A DNA stretch of 64,000 nt from a virus: positions 1-64,000 of the IMG/VR virus record IMGVR_UViG_3300045988_081419; one strand, written 5' to 3'. Both the position numbers and the translations under genes were made by a program. Of this stretch, positions 55,376-64,000 are shown in pieces; the first letter of the stretch is position 1, and each line of letters opens with the position of its first letter. The notes beneath the pieces are model-generated. The model was not told the DNA's origin and did not search any database. It saw only the letters and a program-made list of their open reading frames with translations.

Positions 55376-57329
55376 AGAAATATCTCCTCCCAGATTCCTT
55401 TTTACGAGCGTCAGAGTAAGAACTTCTTGGTGTGAGGAATCCTACAATTCTCATAACTTCATCTGATTTAGGTTCTCCACACTGAGGACACACATCACCA
55501 AAGAATCCATGTCCATTCTTACATACACTGATAATCTTATTAAAGGCAAAGTAGATAACTCCTTGTGCAACAATCTTATTCAGAATAGACCATGCTTGCT
55601 GTTCATCTACAAAATCTCCACTGATATTAACGTGCATGATTTGTCCACCACCACATTTCTTATCAAGGATAGACCCCAGACGAATCTTCTCACTGATAGA
55701 ACACTGTTCATCAAGAGGAATCCACTGGTTTCCATAGAGATTAGCGTTAGTCACTTGGTCTCCGTAAATAAGTCTGTCTTTTGTTAAAAGAATGACTGCA
55801 CACCTCTCTGCCGGAACTGCTTCAATGTTGATAGAATAGTCAAACCCATAAGAGTCTTTTTGCTCATTGATAAAATCAAGAATCTTGCAGGAGAAGTAAT
55901 CTCCATATTCATTATAGCTGATATTACCTAAAGAGTCAGTCTGTGTTCCATTCATGTGTCTCACAGCTTCAAACATACCATTGATACCAATAGTGTTGTA
56001 CTGGTTCTTTAATTCAATCAGCTTGTAGGTGTAGTTAGGAAGAATACCTTTCTCCACATTTCTCTGAATAATGTGTCTGATTCTGTCCAGTGCTTTTACA
56101 CAAGTATCTACTCTCTCCTTGAGTATCTCAAAGTACTTCTCCTCGTCTCCATTTGCTTCTAAAGCAATTCGGGCAAGGTTGATAGTGTTTACTTTTACTG
56201 ACCCGATTTTTAACTGTGTTCCACCAATGGAGTTAATAAATCCAGTCAGCTTAGAGAAGTCATTTACCAGTCTACAACAAGAACTCAGTGAGGTTACATT
56301 CACATCACTAAAGAAGTTGCTGTCAGCCCAGAGCATATTGTGTTTACTACACCTCTTTGCATACTCTTCATCTTCAAAGACACTGTAATCCCAGTCACCT
56401 ACTCTGCTCATGTCAATGTCCTTTTTCTTTAACAGAGAGAAAGTAAGTACCGGGAAAGTAAACATGGTCTTGCTTCGTGTTCTTGATACTTCCTCAAGGA
56501 AAGCAATCTGGTAGTCCAAAATGTCATCAATGTAATCAATGACCCATGTACCATCTGGGAACTGCCTGTCACCAAACATTTCTGTGAGATAGTATCTGTC
56601 CATAATTGTGAAGTTAGTAAATGCACTCTGATTTACCCGGAGATATGGTTGGTTAAGACCATAAATAATCTCTTGGAATCCTTGGTCTCTGTAGTACTCT
56701 GGACTCTTCAAGAAATAGTTGTTTTCTACATCATGTTTCCAGAAATAGAAGTGATAAATCAAAAAGTCTGGAAGACCACAAGCACCACTTGTTCTGTTGG
56801 AAGTCCATGACACAAACTCCAAAACGTCTCTGGTGTAGGTTAAAAGATGTTTAGGTGCTTCTGACTTAAAATCCGTTACAAAGTAAAGACCTCTGTTCAC
56901 TAAGTCTTCCAGTGTGTAAGCGAAACAATAAGGTTTAAAAGAAGCGGAATATGAATCATGTAAATAAGAAGCACCATTCCACTCTTCTTCTAACCATCTG
57001 TCTGCTGTCTCAACACCATACTTTTTGTAAATCTCATAGTAGATTTTATGGAGTGATAACAGCTTTTTGTGTGGCTTATCCATTTCAGTGTCCATAGAAC
57101 AAATGTCTTTTACAGAAGCATTGGCATTACCATCAATGGTAACATCTGCTAATGTGTTATCCTGCGTAAAATTGCTGATAAATGTAGTGAAGTTTAAATT
57201 GTCTTCATGTAACCCATTCAGTCTGCTAAACTCTTCCGGGTATTTATTGTAGAGACTCTGCATTTTCTCCACAAAAGGACTAAACAACTTCACGTTAATA
57301 GGAAACAATGATGTGTCCTGTTCTCTCAT
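55350..57329 (-). CDS. nrdD: Anaerobic ribonucleoside-triphosphate reductase
   Basis: 659 aa; C-terminal CKNGH..CPQCG zinc site and glycyl-radical-type MRIVGF motif. Confidence 0.85.
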   Translation of the reverse strand: MREQDTSLFPINVKLFSPFVEKMQSLYNKYPEEFSRLNGLHEDNLNFTTFISNFTQDNTLADVTIDGNANASVKDICSMDTEMDKPHKKLLSLHKIYYEIYKKYGVETADRWLEEEWNGASYLHDSYSASFKPYCFAYTLEDLVNRGLYFVTDFKSEAPKHLLTYTRDVLEFVSWTSNRTSGACGLPDFLIYHFYFWKHDVENNYFLKSPEYYRDQGFQEIIYGLNQPYLRVNQSAFTNFTIMDRYYLTEMFGDRQFPDGTWVIDYIDDILDYQIAFLEEVSRTRSKTMFTFPVLTFSLLKKKDIDMSRVGDWDYSVFEDEEYAKRCSKHNMLWADSNFFSDVNVTSLSSCCRLVNDFSKLTGFINSIGGTQLKIGSVKVNTINLARIALEANGDEEKYFEILKERVDTCVKALDRIRHIIQRNVEKGILPNYTYKLIELKNQYNTIGINGMFEAVRHMNGTQTDSLGNISYNEYGDYFSCKILDFINEQKDSYGFDYSINIEAVPAERCAVILLTKDRLIYGDQVTNANLYGNQWIPLDEQCSISEKIRLGSILDKKCGGGQIMHVNISGDFVDEQQAWSILNKIVAQGVIYFAFNKIISVCKNGHGFFGDVCPQCGEPKSDEVMRIVGFLTPRSSYSDARKKESGRRYFYDLNDDLF

Positions 57330-57550
57330 ACCTCTTCCTCCACTCTCGCTGATATTTCATTTACTTTATTGATTGCTACAGAAAAGTTCATAAGTTCTCC
57401 GTCAACAGATAACATAGGTGCTGACATGATACCTAACTCTTTCATGGTGTCAAGGTCAGTCACCTCTTCATAAGGAATACCCATTGATTGAAGTTTGTTC
57501 TCTAAGACCTTACATCTGGGGCAATGTGTACTGTAAAGAATAACTTTCAT
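57326..57550 (-). CDS. Glutaredoxin/NrdH-like redoxin
   Basis: 74 aa with the CPRC active site at the N-terminus. Confidence 0.7.
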   Translation of the reverse strand: MKVILYSTHCPRCKVLENKLQSMGIPYEEVTDLDTMKELGIMSAPMLSVDGELMNFSVAINKVNEISARVEEEV

Positions 57551-57553
57551 AAA

Positions 57554-57931
57554 CTATACCTCTTTTCTTCTTGGTTTAATTACTTTAGAAACAAGGTCTT
57601 CCACAAGGACATAGCCAAAATTTCTACTGTCATAACTATCTGGTGCATTATCCCCTAAAAAGAAGATAGACTGCACTTTTCCGTCCTTATCTCTAAATAC
57701 TTCACTGACTCTTTTTATCAAGAGTCTTTCTTTATCATAGGGTTGTTTAAACACCATTATGTCTCCCGGCTTGATGTTATCTACTTTATAAATTCTTCTG
57801 GAAAGTACGACTTCACCATTAAGATATGTAGGTAACATACTGCAACCACACACTTCAACAAGCGGAAAGAAATAGTGGAGAATTACAATAACCACTACAA
57901 TAAAGAAAAGCCACTTCAAAATTGTTATCAT
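57554..57931 (-). CDS. Signal peptidase I (S26 family)
   Basis: N-terminal TM, catalytic SMLPT box and GDNAPDSYDSR box. Confidence 0.7.
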   Translation of the reverse strand: MITILKWLFFIVVVIVILHYFFPLVEVCGCSMLPTYLNGEVVLSRRIYKVDNIKPGDIMVFKQPYDKERLLIKRVSEVFRDKDGKVQSIFFLGDNAPDSYDSRNFGYVLVEDLVSKVIKPRRKEV

Positions 57932-58377
57932 TTCTTAAACACCCTCTTTCCAACTACTTTGTCTTTTGGAACGATATTTAAGAAGTCTTCTAACCTTAAA
58001 GTGACGTAATCATTTGATGTATTATGTTCATGGAAAATAACAATAGGGAGTCTACCCTCTGGACAGTCACTTTCAGCTTGTTTCAGCCACTTAGGAAGAG
58101 ACCATTTCTGTTGATTCTTACATTCAATGTGGAGTAACAACATCTGCTTTGTGTCCACTATCGTAATGTCTCCTCTGTAGTCATCTGCCTTATCAGACTT
58201 CTTTGCAAAACCACCAGACTGAGGTGTGCGTTTTAACTCAACACCATACTTGTCTTGGAATTTCTTTGCAATTACACGCTCATACTGACCACCTTTTCTT
58301 TTGGCATTTCTACCTTGTCTTGAAAGTTGCTCCTGCTTTGTCATTTGACCTTGTTCTACTTTTTTCTTTAATTTCAT
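57928..58377 (-). CDS. Putative PD-(D/E)XK nuclease (Holliday-junction-resolvase-like)
   Basis: D...IECK motif and basic N-terminus; weak. Confidence 0.4.
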   Translation of the reverse strand: MKLKKKVEQGQMTKQEQLSRQGRNAKRKGGQYERVIAKKFQDKYGVELKRTPQSGGFAKKSDKADDYRGDITIVDTKQMLLLHIECKNQQKWSLPKWLKQAESDCPEGRLPIVIFHEHNTSNDYVTLRLEDFLNIVPKDKVVGKRVFKK

Positions 58378-58460
58378 CTTTACATACTCCTTTACTGCTA
58401 TGATATTTACTGCAAAAATGCTGTAACCTTAGTATAGTCCAAAGCACAATTTTAGTCAAC

Positions 58461-58490
58461 AATAAAAAACAGGGCAGAAAACTCTGCCCT
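58461..58490 (-). terminator. Rho-independent terminator
   Basis: AGGGCAG..CUGCCCU hairpin followed by GUUUUUUAUU on the minus strand. Confidence 0.7.
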
Positions 58491-58499
58491 ATCTCTTAC

Positions 58500-58871
58500 T
58501 TATTCATCTGTGTATTCTAAAGACCCCTTGCTATTATCTACTCCATCATAGAGTATCATATCCATAGCTTCTTGTGTTTCTTCACTTATAGTCAGCTTCA
58601 TCTTTCCACAAGGAAGTTCTAAGTCAACCACTTCTTCAATAGTATTTGGATATTCTGGACTCCACACTCTATTTAAAGCAACAAGAATATTGTAGCACCT
58701 GTCTTCTACTGAGCCACCTTTATTTTCTGCAAGAAGCATTAAAAGATTGCTTTCTTCGCTATCCCAGTCCATAGAGTGTTTATCTTGAAATTTTACATAC
58801 TCCTCTGACTTGTCTTCTTTAGAACACCCACATAAGAATAGACACAGAATTAAAATACCTACTTTCTTCAT
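58500..58871 (-). CDS. Lipoprotein with partial SleB/CwlJ-like domain
   Basis: Lipobox LFLCGCS; LLAENKGGSVEDRCYNILVALNRVWSPEYPNTIEEVV parallels 33870..34529. Confidence 0.55.
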   Translation of the reverse strand: MKKVGILILCLFLCGCSKEDKSEEYVKFQDKHSMDWDSEESNLLMLLAENKGGSVEDRCYNILVALNRVWSPEYPNTIEEVVDLELPCGKMKLTISEETQEAMDMILYDGVDNSKGSLEYTDE

Positions 58872-58879
58872 ACCTACCT

Positions 58880-59821
58880 CTAATGTTTGTTGTTATAAAG
58901 ACTGTAAAGGCTACTCCAATCCTCACAAATTCTTTCCATAACTTTCTTCTCTTGTGCAACTCTTTCTTTTATGGAATCCATAATCTCTTCATTTGCATAA
59001 ATGGAGACTTCATCATCAATGAGTTTTCTGATAACCTTTGGTTCTAAAGCGTCAAGTTCCCAACTTTCATCACCATAGTTTTCCATGTAGCTTTTACATC
59101 TAGTATCAGTAATCTTAGCCGGGTTAGGAGGTGGGTTGAAAAGTTTAATCTGGTCCATGTTAAGAGCAATTCTACTAAGACCCAAAAACTTATCAGAGAA
59201 AAGACCATAATCATGTGTTCCAAACATAGTAAGTCTTTCTTCAATATCCCTACTCATATCAATACCACTAGGGTCATGGTCTCCTAAATGGATAATTTTA
59301 CAATACTTACCCTGTTTAGCATAATCTATGAGTCTTTGTGAAGCCTGCCACATTTCACTCTGAGACACATAACCTCTACAACAGAAAAAAGGAATATCCC
59401 AAGGAATACACGCTCTTTCAACTACTTCTGCAAGTGCTTCTTTTTCCACCCACACTTCAAGGTGGTAATCTTGTGTAGCCCATAAGTCTTTCTTATACTG
59501 ACTTGAAGCACTCTTAATAATCTCCTCTGGACTTTCCCAATGTGACAATCTCTTTAAATTTCTGGTTCTGTCTTCAAGAGAACTCCAATCAATCAGTCCT
59601 GCTAAACGAGCGTCATTGATAAGAACACCAGTATTCTTATAGCTTCTCTGGGAGTTCTCAATAATACCTCTTGCTACTAACTGATAGTAAAGCTGACGGA
59701 GGGTAAGAGTGTACCCCTGCTCCATGTACTCTTCAACTACTGTGTTTATGTGGTCTATAAGTTCTAATTTCTCGTCCTTAAAATTCTTATATTGATAACA
59801 TATACAAGGCATATTAAACAC
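58880..59821 (-). CDS. Spo11 / topoisomerase VI-A-like protein (Mini-A type)
   Basis: LTLRQLYYQLV (catalytic Tyr region) plus Toprim VWVEKEA, CRGYVSQ, LGDHDPSGIDM. Only 313 aa; no B subunit seen. Confidence 0.6.
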   Translation of the reverse strand: MFNMPCICYQYKNFKDEKLELIDHINTVVEEYMEQGYTLTLRQLYYQLVARGIIENSQRSYKNTGVLINDARLAGLIDWSSLEDRTRNLKRLSHWESPEEIIKSASSQYKKDLWATQDYHLEVWVEKEALAEVVERACIPWDIPFFCCRGYVSQSEMWQASQRLIDYAKQGKYCKIIHLGDHDPSGIDMSRDIEERLTMFGTHDYGLFSDKFLGLSRIALNMDQIKLFNPPPNPAKITDTRCKSYMENYGDESWELDALEPKVIRKLIDDEVSIYANEEIMDSIKERVAQEKKVMERICEDWSSLYSLYNNKH

Positions 59822-59824
59822 CTC

Positions 59825-60451
59825 CTACTTAATCATGGTAGTATCTAAAATAACATAGTTTGCCCGGTGGATATAAAGTGCTTTTCCATCTACAACCAAT
59901 TTCGTCATCTTAGGTAGGTCATCTGGAATTTCATAATATACTTCATCACCGCCATACACCGCAATAGGAACACCAAGCTGAGAAGAAATAACAACTACTT
60001 TAGGTGTACCAATCATATTCTTAATAGAGTTGATATTTCTGTCCAAAAGGTTAAATGTACCACCAGAAGTCTCAATGTCCGTAGGAAGTTCAAAATCGGT
60101 AATTTTGTTAAGACCCTTTTCTGCATAGATAACAGTGTTTCCTACTTGCTCCATATTACTTCCGTCAATCGTATTAGTGGTAACAGAAGACATTTCGTAT
60201 GTAGTAGACCATGTTCCATCAGAGTCAACACTCTTTACTTTCACCACATTTGCGTCTACTTGAACTTTATCGCCGGAAATATTAAGTGTATTATTTCCAA
60301 AGTTATCATAGATAGAAATGTCAAAGCTGTTACCAATTAACTCACCCTTAATGTCTTTAATCTTACTGTCTAAATAAGAACAGCCAGTCAAAGAAGTAAC
60401 ACCTAACATAAACACTAACACTAAACACAACACTTTCTTATTTCTCTTCAT
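59825..60451 (-). CDS. Lipoprotein
   Basis: MKRNKKVLCLVLVFMLGVTSLTGCS lipobox; start at the ATG preceded by GGAGG. Confidence 0.6.
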   Translation of the reverse strand: MKRNKKVLCLVLVFMLGVTSLTGCSYLDSKIKDIKGELIGNSFDISIYDNFGNNTLNISGDKVQVDANVVKVKSVDSDGTWSTTYEMSSVTTNTIDGSNMEQVGNTVIYAEKGLNKITDFELPTDIETSGGTFNLLDRNINSIKNMIGTPKVVVISSQLGVPIAVYGGDEVYYEIPDDLPKMTKLVVDGKALYIHRANYVILDTTMIK

Positions 60452-60776
60452 CTTTCCAACCTCCGTTTGCAATGTAATCGTTAATATCAATTTGAAGATT
60501 ATTTAATCTATGGTACATAGTAACTGTATCTTCGTTAAGGTCTTCATTTCTTTCCATGTAGTGAAGTACATGGTCTAAGTACCACCTTGCTTTGCTTACA
60601 TCTTCTTTTCCATTTTTGTTTTTGTACCTCCACAAATATTTAAAAGCATTGCAAAGACAAAAATCTGCTACTGCTTGTTTCCCCATTGTTACTTCCATAC
60701 ACTGAATACACTCTAAGGAAGTAGACCCCTCATAATGAGAGGGGTGGTTTACGTTATCTACTTTACCCAATTTCAA
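60438..60776 (-). CDS. DUF3310-like protein
   Basis: NHPSHY...ECI...NAFKYLWRYKNK...KARWYL pattern. Confidence 0.6.
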   Translation of the reverse strand: MKLGKVDNVNHPSHYEGSTSLECIQCMEVTMGKQAVADFCLCNAFKYLWRYKNKNGKEDVSKARWYLDHVLHYMERNEDLNEDTVTMYHRLNNLQIDINDYIANGGWKDEEK

Positions 60777-61125
60777 ACACCTCTTCCATAGTCTTATACA
60801 TTTTCTTCAAGAACTTTTTATTAAAAGTAGTATCAAGAATCTTTCTACCTCCATCACAAAAGACCAACAATTCATACTCATTGTCTTTAATGCACTGGAA
60901 ACGCAAAACTCCTGTACTCATATTTCCATCAAGGTCTACTCTTATTTTAATCTCTGGAATACTACCAACAGTCTTAAAAGCTGATACTACTTCTTTCGCC
61001 TTTTTACTGGAAATTCTAAAGGTGTATGTATTCTTGCCACTTACAACAAACAGACACACTCTAGGACTAACCTTTTCAACTGTCAGCTTCATTCTGTCCT
61101 TTAATCTAAATGTAAACTTGTTCAT
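60763..61125 (-). CDS. Hypothetical protein
   Basis: 120-aa co-oriented ORF. Confidence 0.4.
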   Translation of the reverse strand: MNKFTFRLKDRMKLTVEKVSPRVCLFVVSGKNTYTFRISSKKAKEVVSAFKTVGSIPEIKIRVDLDGNMSTGVLRFQCIKDNEYELLVFCDGGRKILDTTFNKKFLKKMYKTMEEVFEIG

Positions 61126-62159
61126 TACTTAATTCTCCCCTCTGATAACTCTTTCAACTCTTCATACCAAGGACACATGATTTCTTTCATCTGAGGGTGA
61201 GCCGGACCAGTAACATCTTTTGCTCTAAGGTCAACAATGTGTTGCCACTCTTTCTCATTGCAGGTCATAACAATTTCCGTCTTTAAAGAGTTAGGAAGTA
61301 CTGTTCTTGCTTCTTGTGGGGTAGCACCATAACTTAAAAGTTCCATGTACTTTCTCTCGGCAACTTCGCATGAATACTTCCATGCTTCAAACACAAGACT
61401 ATTAGACTGCTCTCCCATTCCAGTGTCAAAGAAAAATGGAAGAATAACTGTAATCTCTTCTTCAAATTTACCTTTAGAATAGTTACAGTATCTTGTACTC
61501 TCCTGTGCAAAACTGCAAGGTCTGTGTCTTACAAGTTCATGTGAAACACCTCTGTCACAAGTGAATAAAACAGTATGTGTTTTGTGTTTCATAAGCTCCT
61601 TATCAATATCCGAGTGTGAACAGTCATACATTTCATTGATAAGTTCACCACAAAACTCTTCTTCTTCCACTACCTCAAAGTGTCGGGTAAGTCTGTAAGA
61701 GAGTTGTAATGGAAAAATCTCCGAGTAGGCATTTGCCACACAAGAAAGCATTTCATCTACAAGAGCCGGAATAGGATTAGCGTTTAAATTAGATATACTA
61801 TCTGCCATTTCCATAAACACTCTTAAAGGTGCTGAAATATAAGTATTACCAAAGAAAGTAATCTCCATGTACTTTGTAAGGTCATAAGAATTACCCTTTG
61901 TTCTGCAATCGTGTATTGCATAAATATTAAGAGCATTGATAAGGTCTTCTGATGAACCAGTGTACAAAATATGTACCCAATGATGTTCTGTCATAGCATA
62001 ATGCTTTCTCTTACACAGACCTTTTACAAAAGGCACTGCACTTTCTGGTGTCACCTTATCCTCAGATTTGTAACACAGTCTACCGATTTTCTCAATAAAC
62101 TGGTAAGGTGTAAGTCCTGCTTTAGATAAGTGTTCATGTTTTGGTTTAATGATTTTCAT
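61125..62159 (-). CDS. thyX: FAD-dependent thymidylate synthase-like protein
   Basis: ThyX motif HELVRHRPCSFAQESTRY; 344 aa with an extended N-terminal region. Confidence 0.75.
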   Translation of the reverse strand: MKIIKPKHEHLSKAGLTPYQFIEKIGRLCYKSEDKVTPESAVPFVKGLCKRKHYAMTEHHWVHILYTGSSEDLINALNIYAIHDCRTKGNSYDLTKYMEITFFGNTYISAPLRVFMEMADSISNLNANPIPALVDEMLSCVANAYSEIFPLQLSYRLTRHFEVVEEEEFCGELINEMYDCSHSDIDKELMKHKTHTVLFTCDRGVSHELVRHRPCSFAQESTRYCNYSKGKFEEEITVILPFFFDTGMGEQSNSLVFEAWKYSCEVAERKYMELLSYGATPQEARTVLPNSLKTEIVMTCNEKEWQHIVDLRAKDVTGPAHPQMKEIMCPWYEELKELSEGRIK

Positions 62160-62170
62160 TGATTTTCCTC

Positions 62171-62347
62171 CTATCTCTCATAAAACTGTCCGTCATTCAT
62201 AACTCTGTAGGTAATAGTATCTCCACCCATTTTACCCACAACTTCAACAAAATCTGGTGTACTGACTACATCAATCACATAATCAAGACCACCCTCATTT
62301 AAAGCAATGTCCTGTGCTTTATCAATTCTGTCATTTTCTTTACTCAT
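62171..62347 (-). CDS. 58-aa hypothetical protein
   Basis: MSKENDRIDKAQDIALNEGG...; AAGGAGG RBS; below the ORF-track cut-off. Confidence 0.45.
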   Translation of the reverse strand: MSKENDRIDKAQDIALNEGGLDYVIDVVSTPDFVEVVGKMGGDTITYRVMNDGQFYER

Positions 62348-62405
62348 GGTTACCTCCTTAAAACATAATGTGGTTACTCTATCATAAAACTGACCTAATG
62401 TAAAA

Positions 62406-63785
62406 TCAGTTCATTATGATTAAATTCTCCTCTGCTCTTGTAACAGCTACATACATTACTTTTCTTTCTTCCTCGTCTTTCATGTATCTAGGACACTGGA
62501 CCGGGAAATTTCCATACAGAAGAACATTCTTTACTTCAAGACCTTTTGAAACATGAACTGTAAGAATCTTTACTCTGTTAGAATCCATGTGTTTCTTTAA
62601 ATCTGCAAGAGACATTCCCTCTCTTTTAAATGTGGTGAAAGGTACTTCATTCTCCTCACAAATCTCCTGCATTTTAAAGAGGTCTTTATTGGTTCTTACA
62701 AGAATAAAATAGTCTCTGAAATTTCCGTCTTTCTTAATACTGTCTAACACCACTGGAAGTGTTCTCTTAGAGAGAATCTGTACTGACCCCTCTTTATCTG
62801 AAACCTGCACAATAGATTTGTCAATTTTACTGTACACTTGACTGATTACTGTATCAGCAATCTCCAACACTGCCTTACTGTTTCTATAATTATTCGTAAG
62901 GTAGAACACAGTAAACAGTCCGTCTTCAATCAGCTTCAAGAAGATTTTTACATTACCTCCTTTAAAGCTATAAATACTCTGCCAATCGTCTCCCACTAGG
63001 AAGTAGTTCTCAGCTTGTAATGAGTCAATAAAATTAAACTCAAGTGAACCCACATCTTGAAACTCGTCTACCAGAACGTGTTCAATCTCAGCGTTGATAC
63101 TTCTAAAATAGTTCTCCGCTTTTATCAACAACTCCTCAAAAGTAATGACGTTTCTTGCCTTACATAAAGTATCAATACTTTCTGGGAACTGGGTACTTCC
63201 TGCTACTGAAATCTCATACTCAATGTCCTCCTGCTTTCTTTCTATGAGTCTTAACTCACCATTCTCACTAGGAAGAAGATAGTCATTGAGTTCTTTCTCA
63301 GAAATCTTACCCATCATTTCTTGTGTCTTCATATCCTTATACTCAAGGTATCTGTCAAAAGTTAAAGACTTACAGTACTTTGTGATAAGTTCCCGGTGGA
63401 AGTCATTGTCTATACTATCATCATAAATCCTATAGTTCTCGCCGGAAAGTTTCATAACTCTATTTGCAAAGGAATGTATAGTACCAATGAAAGCATCTCC
63501 AATTCCCTCTACATCATAAAGTCTTTCTTTCATTTCCTCTGCCGCCATATTTGTGAATGTGATTGCTACAATATTACAAGGTGGAACACCTTTTTCTAAA
63601 AGAAATTTAATTCTCTCAGTAAGTACTCTGGTCTTACCCGAACCTGCACCTGCAACTACTAAAATGTTGCTGTCTTGAGAATGAACAGCTAAGTCCTGCT
63701 GAGAATCTAAAGTAATAGGAGTTATATCTTTCTGTAGTGGCTTTTCATAACCCCTCTTAAACATGGATTTTCTTTTTAACTTCAA
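62406..63785 (-). CDS. UvrD/Rep-family (SF1) helicase, short form
   Basis: AGAGSGKT (motif I), LVDEFQD (II), YVAVTRAEENL (VI). Confidence 0.8.
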   Translation of the reverse strand: MKLKRKSMFKRGYEKPLQKDITPITLDSQQDLAVHSQDSNILVVAGAGSGKTRVLTERIKFLLEKGVPPCNIVAITFTNMAAEEMKERLYDVEGIGDAFIGTIHSFANRVMKLSGENYRIYDDSIDNDFHRELITKYCKSLTFDRYLEYKDMKTQEMMGKISEKELNDYLLPSENGELRLIERKQEDIEYEISVAGSTQFPESIDTLCKARNVITFEELLIKAENYFRSINAEIEHVLVDEFQDVGSLEFNFIDSLQAENYFLVGDDWQSIYSFKGGNVKIFLKLIEDGLFTVFYLTNNYRNSKAVLEIADTVISQVYSKIDKSIVQVSDKEGSVQILSKRTLPVVLDSIKKDGNFRDYFILVRTNKDLFKMQEICEENEVPFTTFKREGMSLADLKKHMDSNRVKILTVHVSKGLEVKNVLLYGNFPVQCPRYMKDEEERKVMYVAVTRAEENLIIMN

Positions 63786-63840
63786 ACCTTTATGCTCCTT
63801 TCTTCTTTCATAAATTTATTACTTTATGATTTTATTATAT

Positions 63841-63874
63841 AATAAAAGACAGGACTTGTAAAATATCCTGTCTT
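63841..63874 (-). terminator. Rho-independent terminator
   Basis: AAGACAGGA..UCCUGUCUU hairpin followed by a U-rich tract. Confidence 0.6.
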
Positions 63875-63880
63875 TTACCC

Positions 63881-64000
63881 TTACTTATTCACGTTGTAGT
63901 TTCTTGTGTCATTGTTGAAATCACCAGTTCTTCTACTTACTTCCCGGCTTATCATAAAGATTGCTTCTTCAATACTTGAGATATTCAACTCCAATAACAT
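63881..64000 (-). CDS. 3' end of a hypothetical gene truncated by the window edge
   Basis: Open frame from the window edge to TAA at 63881..63883, followed by a terminator. Confidence 0.4.
   Translation of the reverse strand: MLLELNISSIEEAIFMISREVSRRTGDFNNDTRNYNVNK

Noticed and set aside
1-64000. Reverse transcriptase, integrase, transposase or recombinase genes (mobile-element boundaries, DGR RT)
   Set aside because: No ORF with YxDD-type RT motifs or tyrosine/serine recombinase signatures was recognised by eye. No mobile-element feature is therefore called, and the DGR RT is inferred to be outside the window.

Overview
Low-GC, gene-dense segment of a large tailed phage or prophage (contractile tail, myovirus-like, genome over 64 kb). 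Essentially all real protein and RNA genes are on the minus strand. The many plus-strand ORFs in the track look like antisense shadows. Reading the minus strand from 64000 down to 1: (i) nucleotide-metabolism and DNA-transaction genes: UvrD-like helicase, ThyX, a Spo11/TopoVI-A-like protein, an S26 signal peptidase, NrdD/NrdG/glutaredoxin and a SpoVS homologue. (ii) A complete preQ0 pathway (folE, queD, queE, queC) plus a long DpdA-like transglycosylase, i.e. a 7-deazaguanine DNA-modification module. (iii) About 10 kb of small hypothetical early-type genes, broken by three repeat-rich non-coding regions: CTCTATATAG repeats, a GCGTT-rich region, and ACACCTCAC iterons flanking an AT-rich block that looks like an origin. 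(iv) A 2-kb RNA-gene cluster with 6 canonical tRNAs, one aberrant tRNA-like element, unusually long structured spacers and two circularly permuted tRNA-like units. It lies immediately upstream of a Ro60/TROVE-vWA gene. (v) SleB-like hydrolase, DUF-type proteins and an ATP-dependent DNA ligase. (vi) A complete morphogenesis module: TerL, portal, scaffold, major capsid, connectors, sheath, tube, chaperone with a -1 frameshift site, 1278-aa tape measure, baseplate (tube initiator, LysM proteins, hub, spike, gp25, gpJ, gpI-like), a beta-helix tailspike and a tail fibre. The fibre C-terminus is the VR of a diversity-generating retroelement (TR at 48..151, RT off-window). The most novel signal is the permuted, acceptor-capped tRNA-like pair next to the phage Ro60 gene. 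All functional calls rest on motifs recognised by eye; no database search or folding program was run.
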